This document shows positions 62,501 to 64,000 of a stretch of 64,000 nt of DNA, piece by piece. This DNA is from Antedon mediterranea. Taxonomy: Eukaryota; Animalia; Echinodermata. Location of the stretch: the NCBI RefSeq assembly GCF_964355755.1, contig NC_092679.1, positions 6,168,201 through 6,232,200 of the forward strand. The letters run 5' to 3'. Below the pieces are notes generated by a model that was given only the letters and a program-made list of their open reading frames with translations, made no database searches and was not told where the DNA came from. The translations under genes were made by a program, and so were the position numbers. Positions within the stretch are counted from its first letter, which is position 1. Each line of letters opens with the position of its first letter.

Positions 62501-63871
62501 CATACTTTTTTTGTCAAACTAGTTTGATAGTGTAGACAGAGCTTTAGTTTAATCACCAAATATTGTAATGGGTTGTTTTTCATTTTCAGGTTTGAAAGGT
62601 TTGAAGTATTAGCTGTTTTTGGTAGTACGATGTTGGCAATATTTGGTTCAGTCTTCATAATGAAAGAAAGGTTTGTATGGTAAACCTTCTGATGATACAA
62701 ATAAAAAAAACATTTAGAAAGAAGAATATAGAATCCCCCAATACTAGCAACTGTGACACTCACCAAATCTGTCAAAACCATACCATTTTTGAGGCCTTAA
62801 ATGTCCTCTAAATTCTTTTTATTTGAAGCATTCTGTAAATATATTAGACCATCGTAAGGGCGTCCAATATTGAGAGAGTTGATAATATATGTTATTAATG
62901 ATATACGAGCGTGTTTAGGCAAAAACAATTTAATGAAAATGTGATTTATACTGCAATTAAAACATTTTAAGTTTTGTTTTTTTTATTTGTATTTATCTGT
63001 CATTTTGTTTTTGTTCACTTTGTCTGTTTTGTTATGGCGTTCCTGACACTAACATTTTGCTTTCTAGGTAATGCCAACATTTTTGGAAATAAATGTTGTT
63101 TATGATATGATTATGCTCATTCGTAACAGCCATTCAAGGAATTCATTTCAATTTATTCTTTCAGTACTGAGCTCTTACTGCAGCCTGAAGAGGTGCACAC
63201 TGGTAGGCTGCTGCTTGGGGCTGGCCTCGGCTTCTTCTGTCATATATTTGTGATTTACGGCGTCAAGAACGTAGCATTTGATCACGTGATAGCTGCATCT
63301 AGTTCCAGTTGGTTGCAAGTACATTTCGCAGACATGAGTAGAAGGTATGTACAATGTTTGTAGTGAGAGGTTAACACCAGACGAGGCAAAGATGCTTTAA
63401 TTATTAATTTAATTATTAAAGACCCATTGCCTACAATTTGTGACGTTTTGTAAAAATAATGCATATATATTGCTTTAAAAACATTAGACCAGGTCATTCT
63501 TAAATGTACGTTTTATGGTAAATAATGATAAAAAGAGAGAAACAATGCAGTACGTAAGTAGCTCGCGGTGAATGTCATCTCGTTGGCCGTCTTTAGGCCT
63601 AGCTAGGCTTATTCTGTAATGCTGTATATGTACACTTGAATACGAAACAAAGAATAAATGAAATAATATCATGTAGAATAATGATGTTATATTTGATTTT
63701 TTTTTATCTTTGAAATATTTAAACAAATACTCTATTTGTGTTTTCTTTCAGTTTTTGTACCGTATTACCAGGTTTAGATAGGCTTCTGTTACCCCGTGTT
63801 AACCCTCTTATGCTGATTGGTCTGGCTGGTGGTGTTGCTTTGTTTATTGTTGATCTTCTTCTTGATGTAAA
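59599..63871 (+). CDS. SLC30A6: Zinc transporter ZnT6, 5' seven exons (continues beyond the window)
   Basis: Exons 59599 (or 59692)-59824, 60217-60353, 60758-60842, 61254-61362, 62590-62670, 63165-63344, 63752-63871; phases compatible. Motifs GTIQPF, WCNSTGSMALTAYTNLLIFDL, FSFGFERFEVLAVF, EVHTGRLL, SSWLQVHFADMSRS, LLPRVNP. Confidence 0.92.
61447..62205. mobile_element. Tc1/mariner (pogo/Tigger-like) MITE
   Basis: 24-bp TIR CAGTCGACTCCGCCTAAGTCGAAT, inserted in a (TA)n run, with internal TTCGACTTA repeats. Confidence 0.88.
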
Positions 63872-63894
63872 GTAAGTAATACAAAACACATGAC

Positions 63895-63975
63895 CTGACC
63901 TATACCTGTTGACCCGACCTACACCTGTTGACCCGACCTACACCTGTTGACCCGACCTCTATCTGTTGACCCTTA
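63895..63975. repeat. 19-bp tandem repeat, about 4 copies
   Basis: Unit ACCTGTTGACCCGACCTAC. Confidence 0.85.
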
Positions 63976-64000
63976 CCTTAAATGCGTATCTTTTCCTGTA

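Overview
AT-rich, intron-containing animal genomic DNA. An invertebrate deuterostome such as an echinoderm is inferred from Nin/Deu-type SINEs and an SPKK-rich sperm-type H1, but the species cannot be determined. Most ORFs in the six-frame track are spurious. Splicing by hand gives six protein-coding genes: a 9-exon nuclear receptor with TWO tandem C4 zinc-finger DNA-binding domains plus a ligand-binding domain (6222-17036, +), ASPHD2 (-), a solitary sperm-type histone H1 with a canonical 3' stem-loop (-), CCDC32 (+), STPG4 (-) and the 5' part of SLC30A6/ZnT6 (+). Introns and intergenic DNA are dense with MITEs, SINEs, LINE 3' ends, Helentron-like elements and minisatellites. Three observations stand out. 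(1) The two-DBD receptor, whose two DBDs have identical intron positions. (2) A 1.9-kb short-LTR element with an ATAT target-site duplication that carries an intronless, frameshifted SMC6 5' fragment in antisense orientation. (3) A 2.9-kb TTAA-flanked TIR element holding two convergent, apparently spliced units with no long ORF. All homology calls come from recognised motifs, not database searches, and repeat boundaries are approximate unless a TSD is given.
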